Assembly: GCA_018396725.1 (NCBI GenBank)
Contig: JAGTRC010000005.1
Location: 15,149-79,148, forward strand
Length of the DNA: 64,000 bases
Direction: 5' to 3'
From: Candidatus Bathyarchaeota archaeon
GTDB taxonomy: Archaea; Thermoproteota; Bathyarchaeia; 40CM-2-53-6; DTGE01
The notes under the pieces are model-generated. The model worked only from the letters and a program-made list of their open reading frames with translations. It was not told where the DNA came from and ran no database searches. Of the stretch, positions 9,384-19,582 are shown piece by piece (the stretch's first letter is position 1; every line of letters starts with the position of its first letter). The position numbers and the translations under genes were made by a program.

Positions 9384-10019
9384 ATGAGGAAGATAGGGAT
9401 AATAGCCCTGGCAATAGTCTTATTCTCCTTCTTAATGGGCGCCTACTTCTATCCCAAGATGCCGGAGAGGATGGTCTCCCACTGGAACCATCGGGGAGAG
9501 GTGGACGGCTACACCTCAAGGCTCTGGGGATCCTTCACCCTACCCTTCATCCTCGCCGGGCTCAGCCTACTCTTCACCGCCATCCCCAAGATTGACCCGT
9601 TGAAGGCGAATATCGAAAAATTCAGAAGACACTACGATAGATTCATCATCCTAGTCCTCATATTCACGCTCTCCGTCCATCTCCAGATAATCCTATGGAA
9701 CATCGGGGTGAAGCTCAGCCCTAACCTAACCTTCCCGATCGGGCTCAGCATCCTATTCTATTACGCTGGGATCCTCTGCGAGAACTCGAAGAGGAACTGG
9801 TTCATAGGGATAAGGACCCCCTGGACCCTAAGCAGCGAAAGAGTATGGGATAAAACCCACAGGATCGGCGGAAAACTATTCAAGATCTCCGGCGTAATCG
9901 CCCTCCTCGGAATCCCCCTCCAAAGATACATCATATTCCTCGTCCTCACCCCGGCAATCCTAACCGCCATATACACAACCGTCTACTCATGCTTTGAGTA
10001 TCAAAAGGAGATAAATTGA
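9384..10019 (+). CDS. SdpI family (DUF1648) membrane immunity protein
   Basis: HWNHRGEVDGY and RNWFIGIRTPWTLSSERVWDKTHR signatures, several TM segments. Confidence 0.92.
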   Translation: MRKIGIIALAIVLFSFLMGAYFYPKMPERMVSHWNHRGEVDGYTSRLWGSFTLPFILAGLSLLFTAIPKIDPLKANIEKFRRHYDRFIILVLIFTLSVHLQIILWNIGVKLSPNLTFPIGLSILFYYAGILCENSKRNWFIGIRTPWTLSSERVWDKTHRIGGKLFKISGVIALLGIPLQRYIIFLVLTPAILTAIYTTVYSCFEYQKEIN

Positions 10020-10255
10020 GGAGCATCGAGCCCCATAGATGGGGTGCGCGTCTACCGAATAAACATTTTATAGAATATCCGCACCTGATCACGTAGGGGA
10101 TGCCCCTAGGGTAGAGCGTGGTTAGAGCCATGACCGCATCAGCTCTGGGACCCCGCCTCGAAGCGTATCCCACCACTTCTAGATCTGAGACGGAGGCCCC
10201 TGCCTGAGATTCGGACAGGGGGTTCCCTATCCCCTGGAAGGTGGGGGTTCCCGAG

Positions 10256-11004
10256 ATGGCTGAAGACGGGGAGAAGACCTTCTCACAGGTGTTAGCCGAG
10301 ATCCTGCCGCCTCCCGAAAGGGTCTTCACGCCAAGCCTGGACGACAGCAACGCCATAGAGCAGAGGCACATCCTCATCTACGGGGGCCCCGGCTCCGGGA
10401 AGACGCACCTTCCGCTACATAGCTAAATCCCTAGCGGAAATCTACGACGACAAATTCTTCTACGCAGCCTACACGGATGCCGACTTGAAGGACCTCCTCG
10501 CCAGGATCAGCCCACCACGTGGTTCAACTGCTCTGCTGCGAGGACATGACCCGGATCAGGCAGCCCGAGGAAGCGATCCACGGCTACTTCACGATACGCC
10601 ACCTAATGGCCGAGAAAACCGGCCTACGCAACGGTTTAGTAGTAACGGCTTTTACAACCCATGACCTATACGGCGTCCAGCCTAAATCCCTTAGGACCAA
10701 CTGCGACCTATCCCTCTTCCTGGAGTCGCCTGCGAACCCCTACGATGAGAGATTAGCCGAGGAGACGCTCGGCACAGAGGTCTACGAGAAATTGAAGCGG
10801 GTCGAGCAGCTCCGCCTATCCCAGCCCGAATACAAGGGATGGATCGCCTATTCGACGAAGTGGATGAAAGGCATGGTCTATATCCCTAAGACGGAGTACC
10901 AGCTCCTGCAACGCGGGTTCGAACCCACGCCTGATGCCGTAGCCTTAGCCAGCCGCATCCTAGGAAGGCAGGGCTTGGGAGCCATGTACGGAGCGAGTGG
11001 ATGA
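10256..11004 (+). pseudogene. Frameshifted P-loop ATPase, A32/packaging ATPase-like
   Basis: Walker A GGPGSGKT in one frame, TFRYIAKSLAEIY in the next, then Walker B-like QLLCCED and FTIRH...TTHDLYGVQPKSLRTNCD in the third; two frameshifts near 10406 and about 10515. Confidence 0.6.
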
Positions 11005-11263
11005 GGGGCCCAGCCCGCTCCATGAGGAGATCCTCAGGCTGCTCTGGCGGGGTGTTACCCGGCCGCTGAGCATCAACACGGAGCTCCGCATGGTCCACCC
11101 CGAAGAGGTTGAGGATGCATTGTTCGACCTGGAGAAGATGGGCTACGTCAAGTTGCGGGGGCCGAGGAACAGGGTCCTCATGCTCCTCCTCTCGGAGTGG
11201 CTCCTCACCAGGAAGGGCGCCGACCACGTAGCTGAGAGGAGGAAGAGCCGCGGGGAGACATAG
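10997..11263 (+). CDS. Small hypothetical protein, winged-helix-like
   Basis: EEVEDALFDLEKMGYVK...WLLTRKG wHTH-like pattern; overlaps the upstream ORF end. Confidence 0.6.
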   Translation: MDEGPSPLHEEILRLLWRGVTRPLSINTELRMVHPEEVEDALFDLEKMGYVKLRGPRNRVLMLLLSEWLLTRKGADHVAERRKSRGET

Positions 11264-11427
11264 ATCTCTCCCGAAGAGCTTTATGGAGAACTTATCCCTG
11301 GTTAAGACCGCATTGGATGTAGAGGGATACGCACTCGAAGCCATCCCGACTTATCCCCAGCGGCGCCGTATAGAAGCACGCTAAACTATATTAGCTTCCT
11401 CGATTCTACTATACTCGGGTACAGTAT

Positions 11428-12255
11428 TTGAAGCTGGATCTATTGGCGAGAGATGGAGCCGTAGAAGTCCTCCGCCAGCTCTGCACAGGAGAAGCTAGAT
11501 TCAAGGAATTGAACAGACTTGTCCCCAATATCCGGACGCTCAGCAGGAGATTGAAGGAGCTGCAGAAGGAGGAACTAATCCAGAGGGCTGGAATCCATTA
11601 CAGGATCACGGAGAGGGGCTTCGGGGCCGCCCTCAAAATAGCCGAGTTGGAGCGAGAGACAGACCGGGGAGGAGTCCATCCCGACCCTGAAGAGATTGCT
11701 AAGGTCAGGTGTGGATGGTTGAGGATCTCATTGGAGCGGCTCACCGAGCTCTTCCTCGGAGAGTTCGATGAAACACTGGTATCCCTCATCCTCTACGGCT
11801 CCGCCGTTAAAGCCTCATTCCATCCAGGCAGGAGCGATATAGACCTGCTCTACGTCGTTGAAGACGGGGCGGGAGATCCATGGCCTCGAGAGGGTAAAGT
11901 CTTCAGGGGCTTCCAATCCACATGGGAGTACAAGGCCTGCGACCAATACTTTAAAACCCGGGGATTCCACGGGTACCCGGAGGTAACCGCCATATCCCTC
12001 GAGAGGAACCATGCCAAAAGATTCCAGCCCATATACCTCGACATGCTCTCCCATAGGGCCGTACTCTACGATAAGGATGGGTTCTTCCAAGATCTAATGG
12101 AGAAGCTGGAGAAAGAGCTTAAAACCATAGGAACCATAAGGATCGAGCATCCAGACGGAACCTACGGCTGGCTCCTAAAACCCGATATAACCCCTGGAGA
12201 ACTAATAGAGATAAACCTGGGATGGGCAGATGGCCATCAACAAGGAGAGGGCTGA
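11428..12255 (+). CDS. HxlR-type HTH fused to a minimal nucleotidyltransferase (MNT antitoxin)
   Basis: RFKELNRLVPNIRTLSRRLKEL HTH; LYGSAVK...SDIDLL Pol-beta motif; precedes a HEPN gene. Confidence 0.88.
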   Translation: MKLDLLARDGAVEVLRQLCTGEARFKELNRLVPNIRTLSRRLKELQKEELIQRAGIHYRITERGFGAALKIAELERETDRGGVHPDPEEIAKVRCGWLRISLERLTELFLGEFDETLVSLILYGSAVKASFHPGRSDIDLLYVVEDGAGDPWPREGKVFRGFQSTWEYKACDQYFKTRGFHGYPEVTAISLERNHAKRFQPIYLDMLSHRAVLYDKDGFFQDLMEKLEKELKTIGTIRIEHPDGTYGWLLKPDITPGELIEINLGWADGHQQGEG

Positions 12256-12641
12256 AAAAGCTATAAGGAGCGCGGAGAGAGTTCAAAAACGCCGTCAGGA
12301 GCCTAGAGGAAAAGGACTACGCGGGATCGTTGAAGTATCTCCAGGAATCTATGGAATACGCAGTGAAGGCGGTCCTAATAGCCTACGGGGTGGACTACCC
12401 CAAAATCCATGCGGTGGGGCGCCTCCTAACCGAATTAGAGGAGAAGTATCCCCCATGGTTCCTCGCAGAAATACAGGACATAGCTGAAGTCGCAGACAAC
12501 CTGGCCAGGGGTAGGCCGAGATTCAGATACCCCTACGAGTATCCCATAGAACAATACGAGGCCGCGGCGGGGGAGATCCTCCCAAAAGCTGGGAGAGCCC
12601 TGGAAAACTGCCGAAGACTCATAAAGGAACTCTTCAATTAA
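12230..12641 (+). pseudogene. HEPN-domain protein, frameshifted
   Basis: N-terminus MAINKERAEKAIRSAER continues in another frame as EFKNAVRSLEEKDYAGSLKYLQESMEYAVKA...PKIH...RFRYP; break in GAGAGAG at 12275-12281. Confidence 0.8.
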
Positions 12642-12788
12642 CTGCCAAGTAAAACCTCTCTTCACGCATCCAGAGCGGAGAGGCGAACCCTTTAAATTGG
12701 AAGCATCTTCTGTCGGAGATTTGGTGCTTTCCGCCTCTCCGCGCCTCCAAGGAGGGGATGGAGCTCCGTCATCTTTAAGCGGTGGGCT

Positions 12789-13187
12789 TCACATCCAGAT
12801 TCTCCTAATCCACGTCACTCTATCGAAGTCCCTATCGTTTGTATATATCTCCTTCACGCCATATTTCTTCATGGTTTGCAGTGTTATGGCGTCGACGAGG
12901 TCTAAGTCGTATTTATTCATGTCTTCCACTGCCTCCATTACATCTTTCCAGGAGATTCCTTTCTTATCTATGGTTACATAGGAATTCATGGCTGACAGCA
13001 GCTTTTCAACCTCTCTCCTCTTATTGTTGTACTCCAGCCAGTCCGCGATCTCCTGTATCACAGCCGTATTCGTGATCGCTTCCTCTCCTTCCTCGATCCT
13101 TTTAAGGATCTTCTTAGCCGTCTCGTAGTTCTCCTTGGGGGATCCGACGAGGACGTATATGAAAACATTTGAGTCGACGAACCTCAA
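12789..13187 (-). CDS. VapC PIN-domain toxin
   Basis: FVDSNVFIY, IQE, DLVDA, IYTNDRDFD. Confidence 0.93.
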   Translation of the reverse strand: MRFVDSNVFIYVLVGSPKENYETAKKILKRIEEGEEAITNTAVIQEIADWLEYNNKRREVEKLLSAMNSYVTIDKKGISWKDVMEAVEDMNKYDLDLVDAITLQTMKKYGVKEIYTNDRDFDRVTWIRRIWM

Positions 13188-13453
13188 ATCTTAGCCCTCG
13201 CCAATTTCCCCTTAACCCTGGCGGCAGCCGCCCTCCTCAAAGCCTCCTCGATAGGTTCCTCTAGGGAGATATCCCGGGCGAGTCCGTCGAGCGCCTCTGT
13301 AGGGTTCAGGAGGGCCCTTTGGGGGAGCAGGAAAACTCTTCCACCGGAAACCTCGAGCGTTAATGTATCGCCCTCCTTTATCCCGAGCCTCTCCCTAACC
13401 TCAACCGGTATCGTTATCTTACCCTTTTGGAGCACCTTAACCTGAGTACCCAA
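13184..13453 (-). CDS. AbrB/MazE-family antitoxin
   Basis: KGKITIPVEVRERLGIKEGD. Confidence 0.92.
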   Translation of the reverse strand: MGTQVKVLQKGKITIPVEVRERLGIKEGDTLTLEVSGGRVFLLPQRALLNPTEALDGLARDISLEEPIEEALRRAAAARVKGKLARAKI

Positions 13454-13469
13454 TTAGATCCCCAAAAAA

Positions 13470-13503
13470 GGTAATATGAGAAAGGATACATATCAATATT
13501 ACC
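13470..13503. promoter_or_regulatory. Inverted repeat upstream of AbrB antitoxin
   Basis: GGTAATAT (13470-77) and ATATTACC (13496-503). Confidence 0.5.
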
Positions 13504-13676
13504 GTTGTCAACATCGTAGAGGGATTTCTCGTGCACGTACGGAAGTCCCTTCAGCCATCAAGCCCTGATAGATTCGGAGGGGAGATCCTCGCCTATGGAA
13601 ACCGAAGATGGGCCTTCGAAAGGTCTCCCATCCATCTATCTTTCCCGTCTATATAATTGAAAGGTTTAAAGGGTTC

Positions 13677-14888
13677 CTACTCCATCTCTATGGTTGCCGG
13701 CGGCTTCGGTGTCGCATCGTAGTATACGGCTGCGACGTTGGGGCACATCCCGATAACTTCTCCTGCCACCCTGTTTAACGTGGACCAGGGTATCTCTGAC
13801 ACCTGGGCTGTGAGGAAATCCCTCGTCTGAACCGCTCTCACCCCTATTACGTAGGGCTTCTCCATTCCCGAATCCTGGATCGCATAGAAGACCCTTGCGA
13901 TCCCCGGGTTTTCACTTATTATCTTCTCCTGGAGCGAGACCATATCCGGAACCGTTCTCTGATAGACTTCCCCGCTCGCCTTCCTAACGGTTACACCGAC
14001 CACTTCGCCGTAGCGCCGCTTCCCTTCGATCACCCCGGTGGCCTTATCCCTGAAGAACTTTACATCCACGCATCCCGGTGGAACAGCAAGGAGACACGCC
14101 ACCACATCCCTTACATGGGGGGTCTCCGGCGCCTCAATCTTTTCGTTATCGAGTATCACGGCGAAGTATTGGCTCGGCGAATGCTCCGCCAGCTCATTCT
14201 CGACGATGCTCGTGGCCTTCCTCAATGTTTCAAGCTTGTCCAGGCGTATCTCGCCGACCACCCGGACCGAGAGGCCTGGACCCGGGAAGGGCTGCCTCTC
14301 CGAGATCTCAGCCGGCAAACCCAGGTGCCTCGCCACCATCCTAACCTGCCCCTTGTACAGGGCTAATAGAGGCTCGATTACCCTGAAGCCGTACCTCTCC
14401 ATAGGGTTTATACCCATCTGCTCCAGGACGTTATGCTGGGTCTTCACCCCGCCGACCGTCTCGACGACATCAGCCTTTATGGTCCCCTGGATAAGGACCG
14501 TGCAGCTCCTCTTCCTAGCCGTCTCGGCTAGGGCCTGGTAGAAGGTCTCCCGGAACATCCTACGCTTCTCCTCGGCATCCCTTAACCCCTCCATAGCCTC
14601 TAGGAAGCGTTCCCTTACGTCCACTACTTCGACGGGGACGGATAAGGGCGGCTTAGACAAAGTCTCGGCGACCCTTCTAGGCTCATCCTCTCGCATGAAG
14701 GCGTCGTCGAGTATCACGCAGACGAGATTCTCGCCCAACGCTCTGCGCGCTAAAACTGCGCATGTGGCGCTGTCCACGCCGCCTGAAACTGCAACGAGCG
14801 CCCTCTCCCCGCCGACGCTCCTCCTAATCTCCTTAACCTGCGATTCCACGAACCTTTCGGGGTTGAAGGCGTCCATATCCTCCACCAT
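13677..14888 (-). CDS. GMP synthase ATPPase subunit (GuaA-B) with extended C-terminal region
   Basis: PP-loop SGGVDS, QGTIKAD, KTQHNV, RQPFPGPGL, KPPATIEME; about 90 aa longer than typical. Confidence 0.9.
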   Translation of the reverse strand: MVEDMDAFNPERFVESQVKEIRRSVGGERALVAVSGGVDSATCAVLARRALGENLVCVILDDAFMREDEPRRVAETLSKPPLSVPVEVVDVRERFLEAMEGLRDAEEKRRMFRETFYQALAETARKRSCTVLIQGTIKADVVETVGGVKTQHNVLEQMGINPMERYGFRVIEPLLALYKGQVRMVARHLGLPAEISERQPFPGPGLSVRVVGEIRLDKLETLRKATSIVENELAEHSPSQYFAVILDNEKIEAPETPHVRDVVACLLAVPPGCVDVKFFRDKATGVIEGKRRYGEVVGVTVRKASGEVYQRTVPDMVSLQEKIISENPGIARVFYAIQDSGMEKPYVIGVRAVQTRDFLTAQVSEIPWSTLNRVAGEVIGMCPNVAAVYYDATPKPPATIEME

Positions 14889-15038
14889 TACAATACTTCA
14901 ATCGATTCGGGTTGGCTAAGGCTTATCTCATTCATAGACGGCTATTTTAACATGCTGGGAGGCCCCGATTGGTAATCCCACGGGGGCATCCTTCATGCGG
15001 TTTCGTCGCGAGTCGGTGGTGGCTCCATGGCAAGATTT

Positions 15039-15061
15039 TCCCACAAATTTTAAGAGTGGGA
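15039..15061. promoter_or_regulatory. Inverted repeat around TATA-like box of an AbrB-PIN operon
   Basis: TCCCAC-AAATTTTAAGA-GTGGGA; the half-site recurs at 14976 and 15083. Confidence 0.5.
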
Positions 15062-15082
15062 CATAATTAATTATAGAATCAG

Positions 15083-15313
15083 GTGGGAGAAATGGAGATA
15101 GTGGTCGAAATGGACGATAAGGGCAGAGTCCTCATCCCCTCAAAGCTAAGGCGGGGACTAGCCTCGAGAAGAATGATCCTGAGGAAGGCGCACAACCATC
15201 TCGAGTTGATACCGCTCCCAAACCCGAAATCCCTCAAAGGCAAGTACAGCCTCAGAGGCGAGATCGAGGACATAGAGGAGCTCCAGGAAAAGAGGCTGCT
15301 GGAGCGAACATGA
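15083..15313 (+). CDS. AbrB/MazE-family antitoxin
   Basis: EMDDKGRVLIPSKLRR. Confidence 0.9.
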   Translation: MGEMEIVVEMDDKGRVLIPSKLRRGLASRRMILRKAHNHLELIPLPNPKSLKGKYSLRGEIEDIEELQEKRLLERT

Positions 15314-15314
15314 T

Positions 15315-15752
15315 ATGAAGCTGCCGGGGAGGCTCATAGCCGATACTGTACTGTTCATCTCCTATCTGAGGGGCGACGACCTCTCGGATAGGGCTGAAGT
15401 GGTGGTGGACAAGGCCTTAGCCAAGGAGACCCTACTGCTAGTCTCCTCGGAGATGTACGATGACCTCGTAACTGCCTACCGTACGGGAGGGTATAAGCTC
15501 GACGAGATAAGGAGCATACTTCTCGACCTCCAGGCCATACCCCACGAGGTGGTGCCCACAACCCTGGATATAGCGATCCTCGCCATGGGCCTCTACTCAA
15601 AATATGGCGGTAGTAGGAGGCTCCACTACTTCGATGCCTTCCATGTGGCGACCGCAGCAGTCATGGATGAGCCGCTGATCACCAGCGACAAATTTATCCT
15701 CGAAAACTCCGGAAACCTGGGAGTAAAAACGATAGACCTGAGGGACATCTAG
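15315..15752 (+). CDS. VapC PIN-domain toxin
   Basis: IADTVLFI, HYFDAFHVATA, LITSD. Confidence 0.9.
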   Translation: MKLPGRLIADTVLFISYLRGDDLSDRAEVVVDKALAKETLLLVSSEMYDDLVTAYRTGGYKLDEIRSILLDLQAIPHEVVPTTLDIAILAMGLYSKYGGSRRLHYFDAFHVATAAVMDEPLITSDKFILENSGNLGVKTIDLRDI

Positions 15753-15843
15753 GGCCGCCCGGCGAAAGCTTTATGGGAAAGAGGCTTGAATTCTAGAAAA
15801 CATTTGAGGGCTTCGGGGGTTTTGGGGTTGGGGAGGCGATCCT

Positions 15844-16142
15844 ATGAAAAATATTGAGGAAATAAAGAAAAAATAGAAGAATTGAAGCCATCTTTAAAGG
15901 AAGAATTTAATGTTAAATCCATTGGCATCTTCGGCTCTTACATAAGGGGTGAGGAGAAGAGAGGAAGCGACCTTGATATTCTGGTTGAGTTTGAGGATTC
16001 AGCCGACCTAAGTCTTTTAGACTTTATTGAATTAGAGAATTATTTAAGTGCAGAGTTAGGGGTTAGGGTAGATCTGGTTGAGAAAAGCACCCTGAAACCA
16101 AGGATTGGGAAACGCATCTTAGAAGAAGTTGTAAACCTATGA
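15844..16142 (+). pseudogene. MNT nucleotidyltransferase (MntA-like), frameshifted near the N-terminus
   Basis: ATG at 15844 runs into TAG after an A6 run (15868-73); the rest encodes [15 protein letters not shown]; AT-rich. Confidence 0.8.
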
Positions 16143-16485
16143 AAAGGGAATTTTTAGATTACGTAGAGGATATAATTGAAGCTATGGGAGATGCCCTAAG
16201 TTTTGTAGAGGGAATTGACTGCGATGATTTTGCAAAGAATAAGAGAACACTCTTATGCTGTAATAAGAGCCATAGAGGTTATTGGGGAGGCCGTGAAAAA
16301 GGTACCGATCTCAGTAAGGAAACGCTATCCAGCGATACCTTTGGAAGGATATGGCTGGAATGAGAGATAAACTAATCCATGAGTACTTTAGTGTTAATTT
16401 GAGAAGGGTCTGGAAAACCGTTAAAGAAGACATACCTGATCTGAAACATTTATTCGAAAAGATTTTAAAGGATTTTGAACAATAG
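16139..16485 (+). pseudogene. DUF86/HepT-like HEPN RNase, two frameshifts
   Basis: Segments YVEDIIEA / YAVIRAIEVIGEAVKK / WKDMAGMRDKLIHEYF (RX4H) lie in shifting frames. Confidence 0.85.
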
Positions 16486-16836
16486 CTCTAAGTTCCAAAT
16501 GTTATAATAGGGAATGACCCGGCTTATGCTAGAATATCGACTAAACATGAAAGCCATCATAGCCTCATGGTAGAGGAGGACCTGAGGAGCCATTCCCAAA
16601 AAATATTAAATATCCAAAGATGCCTAGAGGCGCCTCCGAAGCCATCCAGCCCAGCCTGAATGAGTAAGGAGGCCGTATCGCATTCCCATCCTGTTGTAAA
16701 ATGAGCCTCGGGGCCTCCCCTAGGTTGAATAATCCCCTTGTAACGCCGACCCCTATTACTACAAGGGTTAAAAGAGGGGAGTTCATATAAGTGGAGTCTC
16801 GGATTACGGAGGGCCATCCTAGACAGGTGTTCAGCG

Positions 16837-17682
16837 ATGGCTAAAGTTGCTATCGTGAAGGGATTGGATCCCGTGGATTCAACGGTTAAGGCCTTGGAGA
16901 TGGTGGACGCGTATAGGGGCATCCCCAAGGATAAACCCATCCTCATTAAACCTAACTACCTCAACGCAAGCCACCCCTCGAAGGGTATAACCACCGATGG
17001 CAGGGTCGTGGAAGGCGTCGTCAAATACCTTAAGCTCCACGGCTTCAACTCCATCATCATAGGTGAAGGAAGCGGCTTCGCCGATACCCTTGAAGCCTTC
17101 AAGACCGCAGGCTTAGATGTCGTCGCTGAGAGATGGAATGTGAAGCTCATGGACCTGAACAGAGACGTCTTCGTCGAGGTTGAGCCTCCAAACCCCCTCG
17201 CCTTGAAGAAGGTGAAGATAGCCAGGACGGCTTTAGAGTCTGCGATAATAAGTGTCCCAAAGCTTAAACCCCACAGGCAAGCCGGCGTCACCCTAAGCAT
17301 AAAGAACATGATGGGGGTGATGACCCCTAAGGGCTCCATGCACATCCACCTCCACAGGAACATAGCCGACCTCGCCTCCATAGTGAAGCCGCGCGTAGCC
17401 GTGATAGACGGGGTGATCGCGGGTGAGGGGCATGAATCCGCCGGGGATCCCGTGAGGATGGACCTGGTCATAGCAGGGTTGGATCCCGTGGCTGTGGACG
17501 CCGTGGGAGCCGCTGTGATGATGATACCCGTTGAGGAGGTTAAGCACCTCAGATACGCGATGGAGAAAGGCCTAGGCACCTGTCATCTAGACCAGATAGA
17601 GATAGTAGGCGAGCCGATAGAGAAAGTTAAGAGGAGGTTCAGGAGATCCATCCTCTCAAGATTCCTCACCCACGTAGGCTAG
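16837..17682 (+). CDS. DUF362 family protein
   Basis: ILIKPN, IGEGS, VPKLKPH, VTLSIKNMMG, DPVAVDAV. Confidence 0.9.
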   Translation: MAKVAIVKGLDPVDSTVKALEMVDAYRGIPKDKPILIKPNYLNASHPSKGITTDGRVVEGVVKYLKLHGFNSIIIGEGSGFADTLEAFKTAGLDVVAERWNVKLMDLNRDVFVEVEPPNPLALKKVKIARTALESAIISVPKLKPHRQAGVTLSIKNMMGVMTPKGSMHIHLHRNIADLASIVKPRVAVIDGVIAGEGHESAGDPVRMDLVIAGLDPVAVDAVGAAVMMIPVEEVKHLRYAMEKGLGTCHLDQIEIVGEPIEKVKRRFRRSILSRFLTHVG

Positions 17683-17872
17683 GCCAGGGGACGGCGCACC
17701 GCACCCATACAGGCTAATGCGTATGGATAATGACGTGGGGATGTTGCTGGAGCCTTAGGTTTTTCCCCAGCGTCCATAACCGTTTAGGGGATCCAGCTAT
17801 CCTTAGTGGGTGGATCGTCTCCGCCTATCGGCCGGGCTAAGCTTTTTAACCTCACCGGTTTATGGATGATCC

Positions 17873-18694
17873 ATGAGGATCTTCTTGGGTCCAGCGGGCA
17901 TCCCCACAGCCGCCGGGGAGAGGAGCACCACCGGCGGGTTACTGACGCTTTCACAGCTCGGATTAAACGCTATGGAGATTGAGTTCGTGAGGAGCATCTA
18001 TCTAACCAGGGGTAACGCCGAGGCCGTAGGTGAGCTGGCCGGTCAACTGGGCATCCAGCTCACCGTCCACGCCCCATACTTCATAAACCTCCTCTCCGAG
18101 AAGAGGGAGACCGCGGAGGCCTCTAAGAAGCGCATCCTCGAATCCCTGGACAGGGCTGAAGCCATGAACGCTGAGGCCGTGGTGGTCCACCCCGCCTACT
18201 ACGGTGGGCTGGGGAGGGAGGAGGCCTTCAAGGAGATGGAGGGGATCACCCGCGAGCTCCTGGACGGGGCTGAAAGCCTCGGAGGCAGGGTTAAGCTCGC
18301 CTATGAGACCATGGCTAAGGAGAGCCAGTTCGCGGGTCTAGAGGAGCTCCTAAGACTTGTGGAGACCGTCAAATCCGATAGGCTAACCGTATGCGTCGAC
18401 TTCGCCCACATATTCGTCAGGAACAAGGGCAGGATAAGCTATCCTGAAGTCTTGGATAAGCTTAAGGGCCTCGGCCACGTCTACTCCCACTTCTCCAACA
18501 TGAGGTATAACCCTAAGACTAGGAGGTTCATGGACGTCCATGAGCCTATAGACGGCTATCCCCCCTTCAAGCCCTTAGCCGAGGAGATATTGAGGAGGAA
18601 GATGGATATTACGATTATAAGCGAAAGCCCCATACTGGAGGTCGACTCCCTGAAGATGAAGGGTATCCTAAAGGAGTTAGGCTATGAACCCTAA
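17873..18694 (+). CDS. Endonuclease IV-like TIM-barrel (AP endonuclease family 2)
   Basis: GPAGIP, HAPYFINL, VVHPAYY, YETM, CVDFAH, IISESP. Confidence 0.88.
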   Translation: MRIFLGPAGIPTAAGERSTTGGLLTLSQLGLNAMEIEFVRSIYLTRGNAEAVGELAGQLGIQLTVHAPYFINLLSEKRETAEASKKRILESLDRAEAMNAEAVVVHPAYYGGLGREEAFKEMEGITRELLDGAESLGGRVKLAYETMAKESQFAGLEELLRLVETVKSDRLTVCVDFAHIFVRNKGRISYPEVLDKLKGLGHVYSHFSNMRYNPKTRRFMDVHEPIDGYPPFKPLAEEILRRKMDITIISESPILEVDSLKMKGILKELGYEP

Positions 18695-18712
18695 ACCCTA
18701 TGGAGACGGTTT

Positions 18713-19147
18713 CTAAAGGGTCAACCGGCTGGGGGAGAGCAGGTTCCCGGGTAGCCCCCTCTCCCCTATGAATCCTTCGAGTTCCCTATCCAGGGTTAGC
18801 AGCTTCAAACCTAGGTTAACCGAGCATGCGTATAGTATATGTCTATCAGGTCTCTATGGCCTGACATGTAGAGTTCCAGAGCGTCGCTGAAGGTTTTAGC
18901 GTCCACCCCAGCCCTTCTGTATCTGCCTCCTTCAATTATGCTCCTTAGGCCTTCCCTGAAGCGTGCCAGCTTAGCCCTATCCAATTGGAGCCTAGCCGCT
19001 ATCCTAAAGATTCCAAGATGCTGAAATCCGAGTAGTATATCTCAGCTTTCAAGTCTTCCAGCCGCTTTAGGCTCCTCGAAACTTCATCGCCTACATCTAT
19101 TCCTAGGGATGGGAGTATGAAGAAGAATGCGTCAAGGAGGACCCTTA
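18713..19147 (-). pseudogene. PIN toxin pseudogene
   Basis: LRVLLDAFFFILPSLGID...FSILE then frameshifts/stop; C-terminal ILYACSVNLGLKLLTLDRE; apparent start codon is TTA. Confidence 0.75.
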
Positions 19148-19386
19148 ATGTATCTCTCCTGCTCTCCAAGGCTTACCGCCTCCACCTCTTCGGGCTTCAC
19201 CGAGGCGAACTTCCATCCCTTAAGGGCTAGGGCGATGGGATCCTTGATGCCCTCTATGGCTATGCCGTCCCCTGCAAGCCTTAAGAGTATCTCTTCGCCC
19301 TCCTCTAGGTCGGCGGCCTCCGCGAGCCTCTTGGGAAGGTGGACTGCGTATTTCTTGCCTATCCTGGATCGAATAGTCAGGCTCAT
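19132..19386 (-). CDS. AbrB/MazE-family antitoxin
   Basis: SRIGKKYAVHLPKRLAEAADLEEGE. Confidence 0.85.
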   Translation of the reverse strand: MSLTIRSRIGKKYAVHLPKRLAEAADLEEGEEILLRLAGDGIAIEGIKDPIALALKGWKFASVKPEEVEAVSLGEQERYIKGPP

Positions 19387-19582
19387 AATCCATTACCAGA
19401 ATATAAGAGAATTATCAGACTTAATCTTTTCTCAGACCTTTGATGCGCGATTCAACCCGCCGAGCCTAAACTAGGAGGGGGTCGAGAAAAGCGATCCATG
19501 AGTTGGAGGCTAAGCCTGGGCTCATCCCAAGGGGAAGATCTTTAATAGCGATCATGGGTACTAACCCAGGAGGTGAGCCCTC

